Made by a program: the position numbers and the translations under genes. A stretch of DNA of 64,000 bases from Nageia nagi (Eukaryota > Plantae > Pinophyta), in assembly GCA_050084985.1 (NCBI GenBank), contig JBITNC010000001.1, positions 44,578,001-44,642,000 on the forward strand, given 5' to 3'. The notes beneath the pieces were generated by a model. It was not told the DNA's origin. It saw nothing but the letters and a program-made list of their open reading frames with translations, and did not search any database. Numbering within the stretch: position 1 is the stretch's first letter; every line of letters starts with the position of its first letter. Below are positions 1-14,215 of the stretch, piece by piece.

Positions 1-536
1 TGCCCAAAAGATATACACAAATGCAAAGGCGCTGCCATAGCTAGGGGTAGGCTGCAGGGGGCTTGCACCCTTACAAAAAAAACTTTGTTAATAAATAAAT
101 AAAGGTTATTATATTTTTTTTATTTTAATCTCTGCAAAAAAAATTGTAATTCTACAAATGAAATATAAAAGAGTATATTTGCAGATGAAAGAAAGAAAAA
201 ATAATAATAAAAAATAAGTTAAGTTTTTTTGTTTATAAAGATAAGTTTTCTTACAAAACAAAATCATGCACAGATAAAAGAAATAAAAGATTCTTTTTTT
301 TTTTTTTGTTAAATTGCAAGAGATCCTAACAATAAAATCCGTAAAAAAAATGTAAGAATAAATAAAAATCTCTCCAAAATAAAAGTGCTTTTCAAAGAAG
401 ATGACTAAAAACATGCAACAAAATTACTCAAAATAAGATTAGCAATAATGGCATGGCTCTTGTATCATGTTAGAAATTTTAGGAGGATCAAAATAAAATT
501 ATTACTAAATATTGAAAGTGAAAAAAAATAATGCAA

Positions 537-1079
537 TGTTAGAAATTATACCATCAAGAATGAGAAAACAAAAAATAAAGAGGCACAAGGAATTTGTTAA
601 AGGGAAAAAACAAAGAAAAATCTCCTTACATTACAAGAATGGTAAAAGAACAAAGAAAGATACAAGAGAGCTATAAAGAGCTCATTACAAATATTTAGGA
701 GAATTCCTAGATAAAGAAGAGAGAAAAGAGTACCTCAATAAATAGAGGTGGGGAGAGAGAGTTACAGAGTAACTCCCATAATCTAAACTTACCACCTTGC
801 AATAGGAAAGGTGGTGTTATAAAACAATGCCCATTCTAGAAGAAGCTACAAATTAGTGTAACTTCTATTCTAGAATCATCTTAAATGATGAATAAAATAT
901 GAATTATTCTCATATATTTTTGAGAATAATCATAAGTCCATAAGAGGACAAAATAGGTGTAAAGATTCCTTTGGAATATCCTTTACATCAAAAAAAGGAG
1001 AATAAATAATTATCCTCTGACCTAAGGAAATGAGAATAATCTCACTTAACTAACCAAGTAAAGGTTACAAATTCTAACA
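537..1079 (-). mobile_element. Putative solo LTR remnant
   Basis: Inverted termini TGTTAGAA (537; alternative start at 468) and TTCTAACA (1072-1079). TATA-like CTATTTATT on the minus strand near 738-746. No clean 5-bp TSD found. Confidence 0.35.
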
Positions 1080-1473
1080 ATATAGTAAACAAAAACTTTC
1101 AAACACAAAGAAAACTAAAACAAATATAGGAGAATAGTCCCCTTTTAAGAATGCCATGATTTTATAGGTGATTGAGAATGTAGAATTTTTTATCTTCATT
1201 ATCACTTCTAAATTTGAATTTTATATTACAAAATGTAATATTTTTTTCTCCTCTTTCCAACAATTCAAATGGAAAGAAATGGATTCCCAAAATAAAAGTT
1301 ATGTCTATTTGACAATGATCCTCCTAAACGAATCTACTTCAAGCCTTTGCATGTGAATAGTAACTTTTCCCATGAATTTTGGTACTTTTCCTAATGATAG
1401 AAACAAACTCTCAATGTAAAAGTTATGATTATTTAATGATCGAGTCTCCCTTCACCATCCTTAGATTGTATAT

Positions 1474-1815
1474 CGCACATTTCCAAGATGAAGTAATTCG
1501 CATATTTTTAAAATAAATTTATACATTTTCAAAATGAAGAAAGTTGTACATTTACAAAATGAATCAAGTTGCACATTTGCAAGATGAAGCAGGGTACAAG
1601 TAACATATTTGGAGAATGCTAAATCTTGTATTTTCCATATTTGTAACTTATTGAAACTAGATTTTGGCTAAGTGTTAGTTGCAAATTGCATATTTATAAG
1701 ATCAATCAAGTTGCATATTTACAAAATGAAGTTGCACATTTGAAAGATGAAGCATGTAGCAAGTCACACATTTGCAAAATAATAATTCTTGTATTTTTCA
1801 CATTTGTGACTTACC
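1474..1815. repeat. Degenerate ~25-bp minisatellite (AAGTTGCACATTTGCAAGATGAAGC-like) with a higher-order duplication of ~160-190 bp
   Basis: About 9 diverged copies of GCACATTT(G/A)CAA(G/A)ATGAA. The blocks ending ...TTCCATATTTGTAACTTA (1650) and ...TTCACATTTGTGACTTA (1814) are paralogous. Confidence 0.65.
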
Positions 1816-2459
1816 CAATAGATTCTTGCATTTTCTAAATGTATGAGGATTGACTAAGGCATTTTGAATTTTTTTTAAATATTTGAGTTTGGGTGTTCAT
1901 TCATATCATTTATACCTTGTTGAGCTAGTAAAATGATGGCAAGTGTAAATCTCACATTGGTCAGAGGCATCTTCTCAAATCTAGACCTTTCTTCTCCAAT
2001 ATCTAGAGATACGAGTATCCATTTAAAAAAAAACTTTCACTTCTATCCTTATTTTGAGTCAATCAAAATGAATAATTGTATGACATATTTTTAGCTTTAG
2101 ATGAATAAGATTAAGTCATTTAAAATTTTGGTCTACTCTTAAGGTGATTTTTGGTAGTTTTGAATTAAATTGCCAAACAGGGATCGATGAAAATTTTCAT
2201 CCATAACTTTCACATACAAACTCCTTTTTTAAAATTGGTAAGTTTTTGAATTCTCTGAGACTCATATATTCCAAACAAGGGGCTACACAACATCTTTTGA
2301 TTATCTTTGCTTACGAAAAATCTCACTCAAATACATGTGTGTTAGAATTTGAAGGTTTACCAACCACCAATTGACAAACATTGATATCAATGCTCTAATA
2401 CTAATTGAAGAAAATAAGTTCACCAAACACCAGTTAATGAACTCATTCGAATGTTGTCA

Positions 2460-4577
2460 AACTCTGATACTAACCTTCAGTTCACAAAACTAAAGGATTT
2501 GAAGCTCCGAATATGTAAATGTAGGTAACCAAGGATGAAACAAATACATATAATTCTAGGTAATTTTATACAAATAAAATTTATCCAAAATATGAATTTA
2601 ACCTTCTAATTAGATAGAGGATAAAATTACCTTTCCAATGGTTACTCACATGCCTAAAATAGAGCTTTAAATCTTCCAAAATATGAATTTGAAGTTTTGG
2701 ACCAAATTCAAACCATTCAATACCTCACACATACTTTCTAGAGTCAAAAAAGATCATTTTTAGGTTAAAAATACCTTTCCAAAGTTAAAAATGGGTATTT
2801 CCATAGTCCATAGGAGCTAAGTCGGCAAGACAAGTCTACACTATGGAATCAAGCAAAAAAACATGAATTTCAAACTTTGGGGTCAAATTCAGAGCATTTT
2901 ACACCTTTGACATGTGTTTCAAGGTCAAAAACACCTATTCAGGGTGCAAATGCACATAATTTTGTAGTCGAGAGGTGATGAAATTAGCAAAGATTTCCCA
3001 AAACACAAATTTGAGATTGATTTAAAGAGGTAACTTCTGGAGCCCATAACATTTTCTTCTCTTAATGAAACCTAAAACTATATCCCATCAAAATAATCAA
3101 CACAAAATTATCTATCCAATGGTGAAGGTTTGTAAAAGACTCCATGGGGTTTAAGAGTAAGACTACGAAAAATGTAGGTTTGAAGATTGTGATTTTTGAG
3201 TATGTTCCACCAATAAAATATAGCATGTTATATATGAATGGAAAGGTATTGAAAATAGAAATCCAAAACTAAAGGAATCACAAAAAAATAGGTCTAGAAT
3301 GAAATATAGTCTCCTAAAGAAAATTAGTCTTATACAAAGGTAGTTTGTGATAACCATGAACAACTCTAAATCCAATGCTCAAATTGAAATACTAATAGAT
3401 ACCCACATGACTAAAATGATACCAAATAGCTAACTATCACCATGGAATATAATCAAAATACTCCTAAAAAGACTTTCAAGTATTTTCTCATGTATACAGG
3501 CATAGAACAAGAAAACACACCATACAGCCATAAAGAATGGAAAGGTCCATGAATAGACTCCATGATATTAAACAAATCCTTTTTTTATTACTACAAATAC
3601 ATGTTACAAACTCCATCTTCATGGATTACAAATAATGGACTCTTTCTCATATAAAAGTGGTGACACCAACACTCACAAGTCTGCTTATGGACAAGGTAGA
3701 CAACTAGTCTCTTGAGATTCTCAATTAAATGCAATTTTTTCTCTACAACACAATAAGTGAAGGAGGCTAAGGAATTAGTGATTTACAATACAAGTATCAT
3801 GATATTGTAAGAACCAAGACTCAAATTACTAAAGATAAATCATCCATTTATAGACCAGAGAACTCCATGAGCTAGGCAAAGGTATGTTGGAGAAGCATGT
3901 AGGGAGGTTATTGGAGGAGTAAAGAGGATGCATACAAGGATGTCGATGGTGGAGTGTTGTAGATGATGAAAGGATGGCACACCATGCTTACCCATAGAAT
4001 AAATTTATCAAAACAGATCTAATCAGATGCTACCAAAGGGAGAAGTCAAGGGAGACATAAATGTCTCACCAAATAATGCTACAAGTTGAAATTGGAGGAA
4101 GCCATCGATCATATTTTTGATAAATCTCCATGTACAAAAGTTGGTGACTAAAATTTCATAACCCATTATATTGCAACATTATAAAATAAGAAAATTAAAT
4201 TTCTTTCAATGTGAATTACCAATTTAATTAAATTCATTAAATTTAATTAACTTTGAAACTTTAATATATCAATTTCTACAACTTTGTTTGATGAATCATA
4301 AAAGGTATTGAGTTTGTAATGTAAAGTACATTAATGTGGAATAATCAAAAACATAAATTTTTATATACATTTTTATGATAATATTCTTTACATATTTTCG
4401 AAGGCTATGACCAAGGGCAACCTTGTCAAGCATGCTTATTTGAAAAACTTTAGAAGTCAATCAAGCATGTTGAACAAAAAGGTATCAAACTAGACCATGA
4501 ATAAAATAATAATCAATCACCCTATAGAGTTAAAAATATAAAAATTTCTCCTTATATTCAAAATTGGGGTGGTAACA
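2460..4577 (-). mobile_element. Degenerate LTR/UTR sequence of an LTR retrotransposon
   Basis: Reverse PBS-like motifs ACTCTGATACTA (2461) and TGATACCA (~3417), a reverse TATA (ATTTATAG ~3846) and the terminus GGGGTGGTAACA ending at 4577. No coding remnants. Confidence 0.3.
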
Positions 4578-5339
4578 TTGGCTTTGTTTAGAAATGGCTT
4601 GATTCGATCAAGCTAAAAGATCCCAACATTATCTAATCTTAAAAGTCTAAAATAAAAATCCTTAACCAAAGTAAAATTGTTAATAAAAAAATTCAAAGCC
4701 TTTTCCATATCAATCATGCACTCTATTATAAAAATGAGGTGACAAGTAAAAATGAATTGTTAATAACAGGACTTTCATATCATTGATCTAGTATAAATTC
4801 AAATCAAAATTTGGTCTCCATAAATCAAGCATTTAAATGGCTCTAGGTAATCACATTGTAAAGAATAAATCAACATCAACAAAGGTATTCATGACCATAT
4901 CAATTCATGAACTTGCTTTAGGTTTATCATTGTGTGTATAATGAAGTTTGTTAACCATTATGTCCTTTCTTAAAATCAACTCTATTGAAGATTTGATATT
5001 TTTAAGCTAGGTCAACCGTAAGCGTATAAAGGTTTATAAGGATAACCCACTACCAATAGGCATCTATGACCCTAGTGGATATTATTATGAGGCACATATC
5101 ATCAATTGCTAAGGATTCCTCACTACCAATAAATAATTATAGCCCTAGTGAGGATTAACCCTAGCATTTCCATTTAATTGATGAATTTTGAGCTTCAAAA
5201 TTTTCAATCTTTTATATTGGTAAAGCTAAATGAATAATAGGATGTTCAAATAACTTTCTCTCTACTTATCAATAAAAGATAAGAGTGACCAACGCTTGAA
5301 TAAAATTCATTAAGTGTGAATGTGTTGTGTTGATTAAGA

Positions 5340-6038
5340 TGTGGTAATTTTTACATGTGATCATGTATCAAAATCACATCTATAATTCTAATGAATGATT
5401 TTTATTACTATAAATCTATCTCTAGAGAAGGTTGGTTCCTATCAAGATTGAACTAAGATTTACAAAAAGCAAAGGGTGTATAAAACAAACTTGCAATACT
5501 AAAGCAAACTTAAAATACTAGGTTAATGGATGTAAATAAGCAAAAATAAATGGACCAACATAAGCATTAATTATATCAAAATCCAAGTTGGTCAGATAGT
5601 TTGATTTTGTAGCCACTAAATAATGCATGACACTCCAAGTAATAATAACCTACAAGTGCTTTGTAGATACGGATTAACTACTGATAATATCTCATAGTCT
5701 GCAAAGTGTAAACAAACATATCACACAACCATTTAAGAATAATGATAAATAAATCATATTCAAGAGATTAAGAAGTAAATTGTGTTCTATTATCATTAGC
5801 ATAAGTACAAAATAGGAGCAATATCTACTCTATATGACCCCTTCTCCTTCAATAGAGGTAATATTTATAGTTTTCCTCTGGAAAATATCTTCTAACTAAT
5901 TCTTAACAAACTCTAATAAATAAAAATATATGTAACTATCTATATATTTACAATGTATCATATTTGATCCTTTGATAATATTTACAACTTGGATTCAAAT
6001 ATACAAATATTTGGATCATTATTTTATGTGTGCTAACA
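5340..6038 (-). repeat. 3' LTR of the Tat element
   Basis: Right boundary ...TGCTAACA (6038) is followed by the reverse of a purine tract (AAAAAGCTGGAGGA|TGTTAGCA on minus). Reverse TATA ATTTATAG ~5863. The left boundary near TGTGGTAATTTTTACA is approximate. Confidence 0.55.
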
Positions 6039-6389
6039 TCCTCCAGCTTTTTCAGAGCTTGAAAACCTAAATTTGAGAGTTGAAATCATCTTCTTGGAAT
6101 TAAAATGTATTTTTTTAGGGTTTTGGTAATATATACAAGCATCTAAATTTGAAAGGTCCCATTGAAACCTAATACAGAAGTAAAATAAACATTTTCAATG
6201 AAATACTCTAGATATGCTCTAATCTTGATGGTCAAAACTTGAATCTTCATTAATGAAACACTTCAAGTGGTTGATCTATTTATGATTCTTCATGACATGT
6301 AATTGAATCACCTCCTAGGAGCTAGAACTAAAGAACATGAGTTTTTTTATTCTCCTATTATTTTAACGAAATATGGCCTACTTCGCTCT

Positions 6390-6660
6390 ATGGGATCTTT
6401 GCCAAAATCAAATGTTCTACAAAATATAATAAAATGGCTAAGTATAACACTGTATTATTTTATCATCATTCCAATGAACTTCATTCACCTAAAAACTATT
6501 GGATCTCCACCAAAATCTAACACTACAAAAATGCTTAAAAATAACTAAGTACCAATAGTATATTATTCTACCGCTATTCTTGCAAACTTTGTGCACTCCA
6601 ATACTGTCAGATCTCCACCAAAATTAAACATTATATGAAATATATAAAATTGAATAATTA
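6390..6660. repeat. Three diverged ~108-bp tandem repeats in the 3' UTR of the Tat element
   Basis: GATCT(T/C)(T/C)(G/A)CCAAAAT(C/T) recurs at ~6394, 6502 and 6610. Confidence 0.55.
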
Positions 6661-6779
6661 AAAATATTATATCAAATAGTAAAGGATAAAAAAGATCATA
6701 ACCATACAAAACTCTTCTCATGTCTCCAAAAATATGTATGAGTATACATTTTGGTAACTAGTTGGTAGATTTGTGTCAT

Positions 6780-9700
6780 CAAATCTTGAACTCAGATAAA
6801 ATTACAAAAATCTATACAAAACTCTATTTACATGTACAAAAATATACCTCAAGTTGTTCCATCCTTGGGAAAAATTGCAAGGGTCTTCGACCATTATGCA
6901 TCTATTAGAAGATCAACATTTTGGATGAGTAGAGCCAAAGAAACAAATTGATAAATTATTTTCAAATTGATGTTTGGTTTTATCTTTGCTAGTTTTTTTG
7001 TCCATTTCTCTATTTTATTCATCTCTTGGATGAACTTTAGGAAACTTGTCTTCAAAATCATCTTTTGTTCAATCTACAAAAGTGTTATCTAACTTCTACG
7101 TTTGATCATTGTATGCCTTCATCTCATCAAGTATATAAACATTATTTTCTTCCTTGTATAGGGGAAGCATTTTATTCCTATCAAAAACCTTCAAGATATT
7201 GTTCAATTTATTTATCTTCAACATTAATGAATTCATATGCTTTTCAATACATAGTATTAACTCATATAAATGAGCCAAATTTTGTGTCATAACCAGAATT
7301 TGGTCATGAGAATCATCAATACCTGTATCTGTAGCCTCTTTTTGATTCATCACCTTGATGATTTCTTGATTTTCACTATTCATTTTAGCAATTTTTCCCT
7401 TCTTATCAAAAATAGCTTTATATTTGTCTAAACACTTATCACAATATTGTACATATTCTCTAACAAAGTGTAACAAATATAAAATAGTAACTACTTTACC
7501 CCAATAACTCAACTTAATGCTCTTCAGTGCATCAATCAAAAACTATGTTAACATTGGTGCCTATTTCTATTGGTCCAAACTTTGATTCTGAGTCTTCAAC
7601 TTTTCTTCAAACTATGACTTTGCCTTGGCAAAATTCTCTGTTCTTATCTTTAATTCTACATCTTTCTTAGTGCAAGCATCTTGTAAAACCTTCAAATCCT
7701 CCTAAAGTTTCCTTTTCTCATCTTCAAATGTTTTACATTTTGCCTCCTTATTTTTAAAATAAGATTTTAATAAATCAATGTCCAATTCTAATACCTCTAT
7801 CTGACCATTTTTCATGTTAAGCTCAATTCCTTTTTCTTTGAGCTCTTCCTCTCTTTCTTCTATAACCTTTATCAATTTTGAAGATTCAATAGCCTCTTGT
7901 AAGTCCTAAATTTACTTATTCAATAGGTCAATCTATGTTAAGTGAAACTTTTTCTTTTCATTTTCCATAGCCTATTGCTTCTTCAACTTATCTACTTTTC
8001 TCTCCAAGAGGATCACATTTGCATCCATAAGAGTCATGTCATTTTTTATAATTTTTCTTTTTTCCATTTGGTTGATCTTATCAGACCTATGTTGTAGGGA
8101 TATGCCTTTTATATTAGAATCTTATCTGAAAGATTGATCAATTTGTTTTAATAAAATTTCTAGGATCTACTTTTTGATATCTATAGTTGTGTCTAGTTGG
8201 ATCTATCCCAAAAATATTTGTTCCTTATTGCTCATCTTCTCAAACCACTCTTGGTTAGATTTATCAATTTTACTGAAATCTACTATTTGCTGAGAGGTAT
8301 CTAACCTTTGAACTCTAATGGGATGAATGGCTATTACAACATCATCATCATCATCATATTTTACAATTATCTCCTTTTCCTTGCGATTGCTTTGCATTGT
8401 ATTATGTGGAGAAAGGATATTTTGAATCTACTTTGGATTTTTTTCCTTTTCTTGAATTGTCAAAGAAGTCTTTTTCTTCTGTTTAGGCCTTTCATATTTT
8501 GATGTCTTTGGGAGATGATTATTTTCTCTAGTTTTGGCTTCTCTTATTAATAATAAAAGATTGAATAGAGTCTGTATCTTCACTTTCACTAACCTTTGAT
8601 TCTTCTACTTCAGTTAATACATCTTTTATTTTCATAGGATAAGGCTCATCACTCTCTATGATGGATCCTACAAGGATCATCTTCATAGCTTTTGACCTTG
8701 TTTGCTTTTAGCCTTGTTTATTTTTTACCCTTCTTTTATCTCTTATATATTTTCTTAGGGTATTGAAATTTTCTTTCCCTTATGATCTTATTTTTAGGAG
8801 CATCTTCATTTTCTAGCTACTTAGCCAATGTAGCATCTTTCTTCTCTTCCTCTTTCCTTTGTTTCTCTTCATCCTCTACAAGCTTCCTTTGTATCTCCTT
8901 CATGTATGAAATATCCTTATCTAATATATTTCTTTTTTCAACCTAGGATTTCATAGTAGATTCCATTAGCTTTGGGCTTTCTCCATACTTTTGTTGTTTC
9001 TTTAACAATGCCTCTTCTTCAAGAGTTAATTATTTCTTACCCTTCTAAGCCTCTGAAAACTTTACCATTGTTCCAGCTTTCTTTTTATGATCAAAAAAAT
9101 TAGAATTATATAAGATATTTTTCAAGGGTTTTGGTAAACACTTCTCTTTTTCTATGGCAGTTACAAAGCTAATTCTGATAACATATTTTTGCCTTTATAA
9201 GGCCATGCATGATGTCTCCAAAAAAGAGTTCGATAAAAATGGTCTAATCTCATGATTGTTTTGATGAATTTCAAATTCACTCATGGACACCTTGACAAAT
9301 ATAAAGCCTTTGATTTCACAAACTTCAAATGTGCAATGAATAATGGGTCATATAGCCAGGAAACGGTAATCTATGATAGCTACAATTTTTGCATTTTTAT
9401 TATCAGATAACCCTAGCAATTTCTATGAAGGGATTTAATATAATCAAAGTACAAGGTATATATACAAATTTTTCTTCCCCTTAGATACTCCCCACATTAT
9501 TTCAACATAATCTTCCTACCAAGTTACCTCCATGGAAAATAACCAATTTGAAACATAAAAAGGAAACTTCATGGCCTTATCACAAAAGCCAGTCAATAAG
9601 ATGATCATATAGTTATCAATAAAATAATAATCACCTTTCTTGAACTAACCTATCTTCAAATTTGATTGATACATCTTAGAAAACCTAGGAAAATTTGCAT

Positions 9701-10544
9701 CAAAAATGAAATTCAAGGATGGAAATAGGAAATATCTTATAAAATCATAGTAGGATTCGTTGATGCTCAATACTTGGGTCCATTGATCAACTCTTTTTGG
9801 AGTACCATCTTCATTTGTTTGACTTAACTGTAAATTAGAAAAAACTTATAGATGTTAATGCAATAAGATCCAATAGAGCAATGAGGAATAATGGAATTGG
9901 TTTACATTTCCTTATTAGTTAGTTTGATAGCCAATCTATCATTTATCATCTCAAACTAGTTTTAATGATATTTTCCATAATTTTTAATCATCTGGTATAC
10001 CATTGTGACATATTCCAACTACATAAGTTGGATGTCTATCTCCCCACAAAGTACCATAATGAGGATAAGAAAATTGGCCAAATCAGGTTTAAACCATGAA
10101 ATTCTATATAAGTTCTTCTTTCCTACGATAGGGTTTAGCAAATAGGGATTTAGCCAATCCAATGAATATTTCTCTATATCTTTGGCTACTACCTTAACAC
10201 TAGCCCAATCTAATAAATTGTTAGGAAGATAAAGGGCTTTATACATGGAAAATTGACTCTAATCAATAATAACATCTCCTTGGCTATTTTTGTACATTTT
10301 TGTACTTATGAAATGTTTTCCTAGATAGGGCATAAATAATTTTGGGGCAAGGATGAAATCTTTCCCATAAAAATGGTAGGATAAACTTGATTTTGTAAAC
10401 TAAATCCCAAAACTAATTATCCTTGGCATCATCGACTTTTGGGGGTTTAATTTTCAAATCTACATGATTATTCAACAAATTCATATCAAAAAAAAATTCA
10501 TTCCTATCATTTACAATACTCTAAGAGACTATGAACTTACCCAT
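6780..10544 (-). pseudogene. Large accessory ORF (~1200 codons, decayed) downstream of pol: globular N-terminus, K/E-rich middle, coiled-coil C-terminus
   Basis: Same-strand ORF fragments 10019-10246, 8203-8397 and 7096-7539. Putative start ATG GGT AAG TTC ATA at 10544. Continuous coding-like purine bias on the minus strand. Confidence 0.65.
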
Positions 10545-10819
10545 TTTGTGAAATCATTAGATAAGAGCTAAAAATGGTAGAAACAAAATCTGGAAGATGC
10601 AAACCTAAGGCTCCTGATAGCTAAAAAAATTGCAAAGTAAAAGATGCTAAGGTGCAAATTCAAAATGGGCTTAAAGAAAATAAAATACCTAACTACCCTA
10701 TTTAATGAAAAAATATGCACCTCAAAAATTACACATATTAAATTAAATATATACATATAATACAACTTATGTGTTTAAACTACGATGTATAACTCCAAAT
10801 GTTGGTCATTGATCATGAT

Positions 10820-11990
10820 TAGGACCCGACCATATATTCCCTCCAAATTGAATGTGTTGTTTTGGATTTATTTTGTAATGATGTATGGTCTGGACCATAG
10901 AGAATCAAACTTCCAATGACGTCCAAGCTTGTATTTATCTTTGTCCCATTTGAGAACTAAATCAATAGGTTTGAAAGAAACATTGGATGCATAGTTTTGG
11001 TCAAACCATATCTTAACCACATTATTTATTTTTTGATTTCTCTGTAAGAATTTTCTTAGAGCTCATCTAAGTAGATCAAACCAAACATCCTTACCTGTTA
11101 TAGGTCTAAATCGTTCATCTCATATCAAGTAGTTGTAATGCAAGCAATTTGATGTGAGATGGCAATACAGCTCTTTTCCCATAAACTAGAACATAAGAAG
11201 AAGACTTTATAAAATACTTGTAAGTGATTCAACCTATCAATATTGCAAGGTCAAGCTTCTTATCCCAATCTCTCTAATTATCATTTACTTTCCTCTTCAA
11301 CCTTCAATATTCTCAATAGATTTTATTTGTTGATTCAACTAATCCATTACCTTGAGGGTAATAATTGAAAGAGGTTTTCTAGTAAATGTCATACTTGAGA
11401 GAAAATTCTAAGACTATAGCTTCTAAAAATACAAGACCATTATCTGATATAATATTCTATGGCATACCAAATCTTGTAATAATTCTCTTCATGAAAAATA
11501 TGATTGTATCTTGATTTTGGCATTTTGTAGCAAAAGCTTCAATCCATCTAAAAAATAATTTGTGGTTGTTAAGATGAATCTATTTCTAGATTACAACCAT
11601 GGATTGATTATGCCAATAAAATCAAGGATCCATTATTGGAAAGGTTCTTTTGCAGTGATAGGTTGTAATGGCATGGTTGTCATTATTCTCATTACCATAA
11701 ATATGTGATATTTATTGCATTCTTTAGCAATTTGAAATAAATCTATATACATGGAAGGCCAATAAAATCTTACCTATGAAAATTTTATTACATTGATGTA
11801 TCCTAAATAATGTCCTCTAGAAAAACCAGAATGGAATTCCTTCATAACTTCAACAACTATCTCAGGATATATGCATCTTAATAACATCCCATCATGATTT
11901 TTTTATACAATACATGATCTATCATACAATAATTGAGTGCATTTAATTTGAACCTTCTTATTTGAGAGACATTGAGTTCATATGGTAATC
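10820..11990 (-). pseudogene. Gypsy integrase (decayed)
   Basis: LLRC..EFHSG..GH zinc-binding region, W.LDFIG.INP-like motif, RFGMP..IISDNG, YYPQGNGL.ESTNK, and a GPY-like motif (WSGPY) near 10885. Confidence 0.85.
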
Positions 11991-12129
11991 TACAACTACC
12001 AAAATATATGCACAGTTATGTTATCCAATTTTTTGATTTTTCCAGAACTTCCTAAAGTTTTCTATCTAGAGTTTCCACTACAACAATCATGATATGCTCT
12101 AAGATTTGATCTTCATCCAACTGCTTACA

Positions 12130-13400
12130 AAGAGATTTTCCCTTAACCACATTGGTAGGATAGATTTCAACATTATATTTCAAAACCTTTGTAATCCATC
12201 TAGCTCTACCCTAATCCATTTCATATTGTAGAATGTAACTTTTAACATCTAGATAAACGGTAAGCACTAGAATTTTATTTTAAAAAATATAGTGCTTAAA
12301 CTTGTTAAGAGCTTTCATTATTGTAAAAAACTATTTTTCAATGAATACATACCTTTCATTAGCATCATATAAAGTTTGGTTAAAGAAAGTTATAGGGTGT
12401 TTGTAATGATTGTCTTATTTCTAAGTTAAAATAGTTGCTATACTTTTTTTTTCTCTATAAGCATACATAATAAATTCCTTTGAAAATTCTAGATTCTTCA
12501 AAACTAAAGAAGACATAATGGTTAATTTTATCTATTCAAAATCCATAACTCTCTTTGTTTTCCACTTAAAATGAAATTTATCTTTCAATAGTTCTGTTAT
12601 TAACTAGATAATTCCAACAAAGTCCTAGATGAATATCCTTGCAAAATTAATCTAACCCAAAAAAGGTTGCATCTTCTTGATATTAAAAGGAATGGTGAGT
12701 TTGTACATAGCTTCCACTCTCTCTAGATCAATTGAAAATCCATATTTTGAAATGATATGACCTAGCAACTTTCCTTGATCCACTGCAAAAATGGATTTCT
12801 TTGAATTTAATGAAATTTTGAATTCTTGACACTTCAAATAAGTTTCCCAAAGATGTTGCAAGTGATTCTTCTTTTACAAAAATTTGTGATGTCATCTAAG
12901 TAAACTATAACCATTTTGTTGATCAATTCCTTGAATGCATGGTCCATATCCCTTTGAAAAGTTGTTTTTACATTGGAAAATCCAAATGGCATTGGTTGAA
13001 AAGTAAATGTGCCCACTTTATGGTGAATGCTATTTTGTATTAATATTCATCTTTCACTTGTATCTGGTTATAACTAGAGAAGCCATCAAGAAAGGAAAAA
13101 CACTCAGATCTTGCAATAGTATGTATAATTTGTTCCATGAGAGGAAAAGGATAGTTATCTTTCAATGAGGCTCTATTTAGATTTTGGAAATCTACTCACA
13201 ACCTAATAACTCCATTCTTCTTCCTAATTGGCATCAGATTAGCCACCTAGGTAGAATATTTGATGGGATATATGATCCTAGCCTGAAACAATTTTTGAAT
13301 TCTTTGTTACATTACCACTTCAATTTTAATATTCACTAGTCTTTGTTTCTATTAGAAAGGATTTACCCCCTCCATCAACTCAATGGTGTGTTGGATAACA
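12130..13400 (-). pseudogene. Gypsy reverse transcriptase + RNase H (decayed)
   Basis: ORFs 12834-13016 (MPFGFSN..TFQRDMDHAF...VYLDD) and 12652-12861 (GKLLGHIISK...MQPFLG). FSFLDGFSSYNQI at ~13065-13100. Confidence 0.9.
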
Positions 13401-13829
13401 TCTTAGCTCCATAGCTTCATGCCATGATCCTAGCAAACTCCTTCATGATTTCAACTATCTCCTCAATATCTTCATATGAGTTCTTGATACCAATTTTCAT
13501 AACCTTTTTCAGAGCTATTTCTAACTCTTTAAAGTTCTTGGGAGAAGCTAAAAATTTTCTTTTTCATAACTGATAATCTCTTTTAAAGAGATCTTCAAAT
13601 GCAATAATACCTTTAGGAAAAGTATTATTTTTCAACTATAAAATTTCATCTTCTTTAAATGCTTCAATCAATGACTCTTGGTTGTTTGAACATAGCATTT
13701 GTGTAGCCAAGAAAGAATTAATATCCTTATCATCATCAAAAAATTACTATAAATAGTCATTGTCTAGAATAGAAGGCTTAAAAATCAATTGAATACATTT
13801 TCTTCTTAGTCAGTGATGAGTAGGATCAA

Positions 13830-14215
13830 ATCTTGATCCTTTATGAGCTAAGGTATCAGCTTCACTATTATGATCCATGAGGACTGTAGTAAAATTAAGA
13901 GGATCAAAACTCTCCAATAATTCTCATACTTTGTTTCTATATTTTTTTATATAATTATGTTTAGCAAAATATTTATCAATCACCTAATTAATAACCAATT
14001 CTGAATCACCAAAAATAGTGAAACATTTTATTTTTAACTTTGATACTTTTTCAATCACTAAGCATAGGGATTCATACTCAATTGCATTATTTGTACAACT
14101 CCACATGAGACAAAAAGACTACCTTTTTATTTTGCTAGAAGGAGATCTCAAAATAACCCATGTATCAGCTCCATTTTTACACTTCGCTCCAACAAAGTGT
14201 ATGTTCCATAATTCT
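13830..14215 (-). pseudogene. Additional (archaeal-type) RNase H domain located between protease and RT
   Basis: WNIHFVGAKCKNGADTWVILRSP, CTNNAIEYESL, IFGDSELVI and HNSEADTLA match the RNase HI/aRH motif series. Confidence 0.85.

Noticed and set aside
109-414. 101-aa F/I/L-rich ORF, and similar short ORFs throughout
   Set aside because: Compositional artefact of A/T runs, with no motifs.
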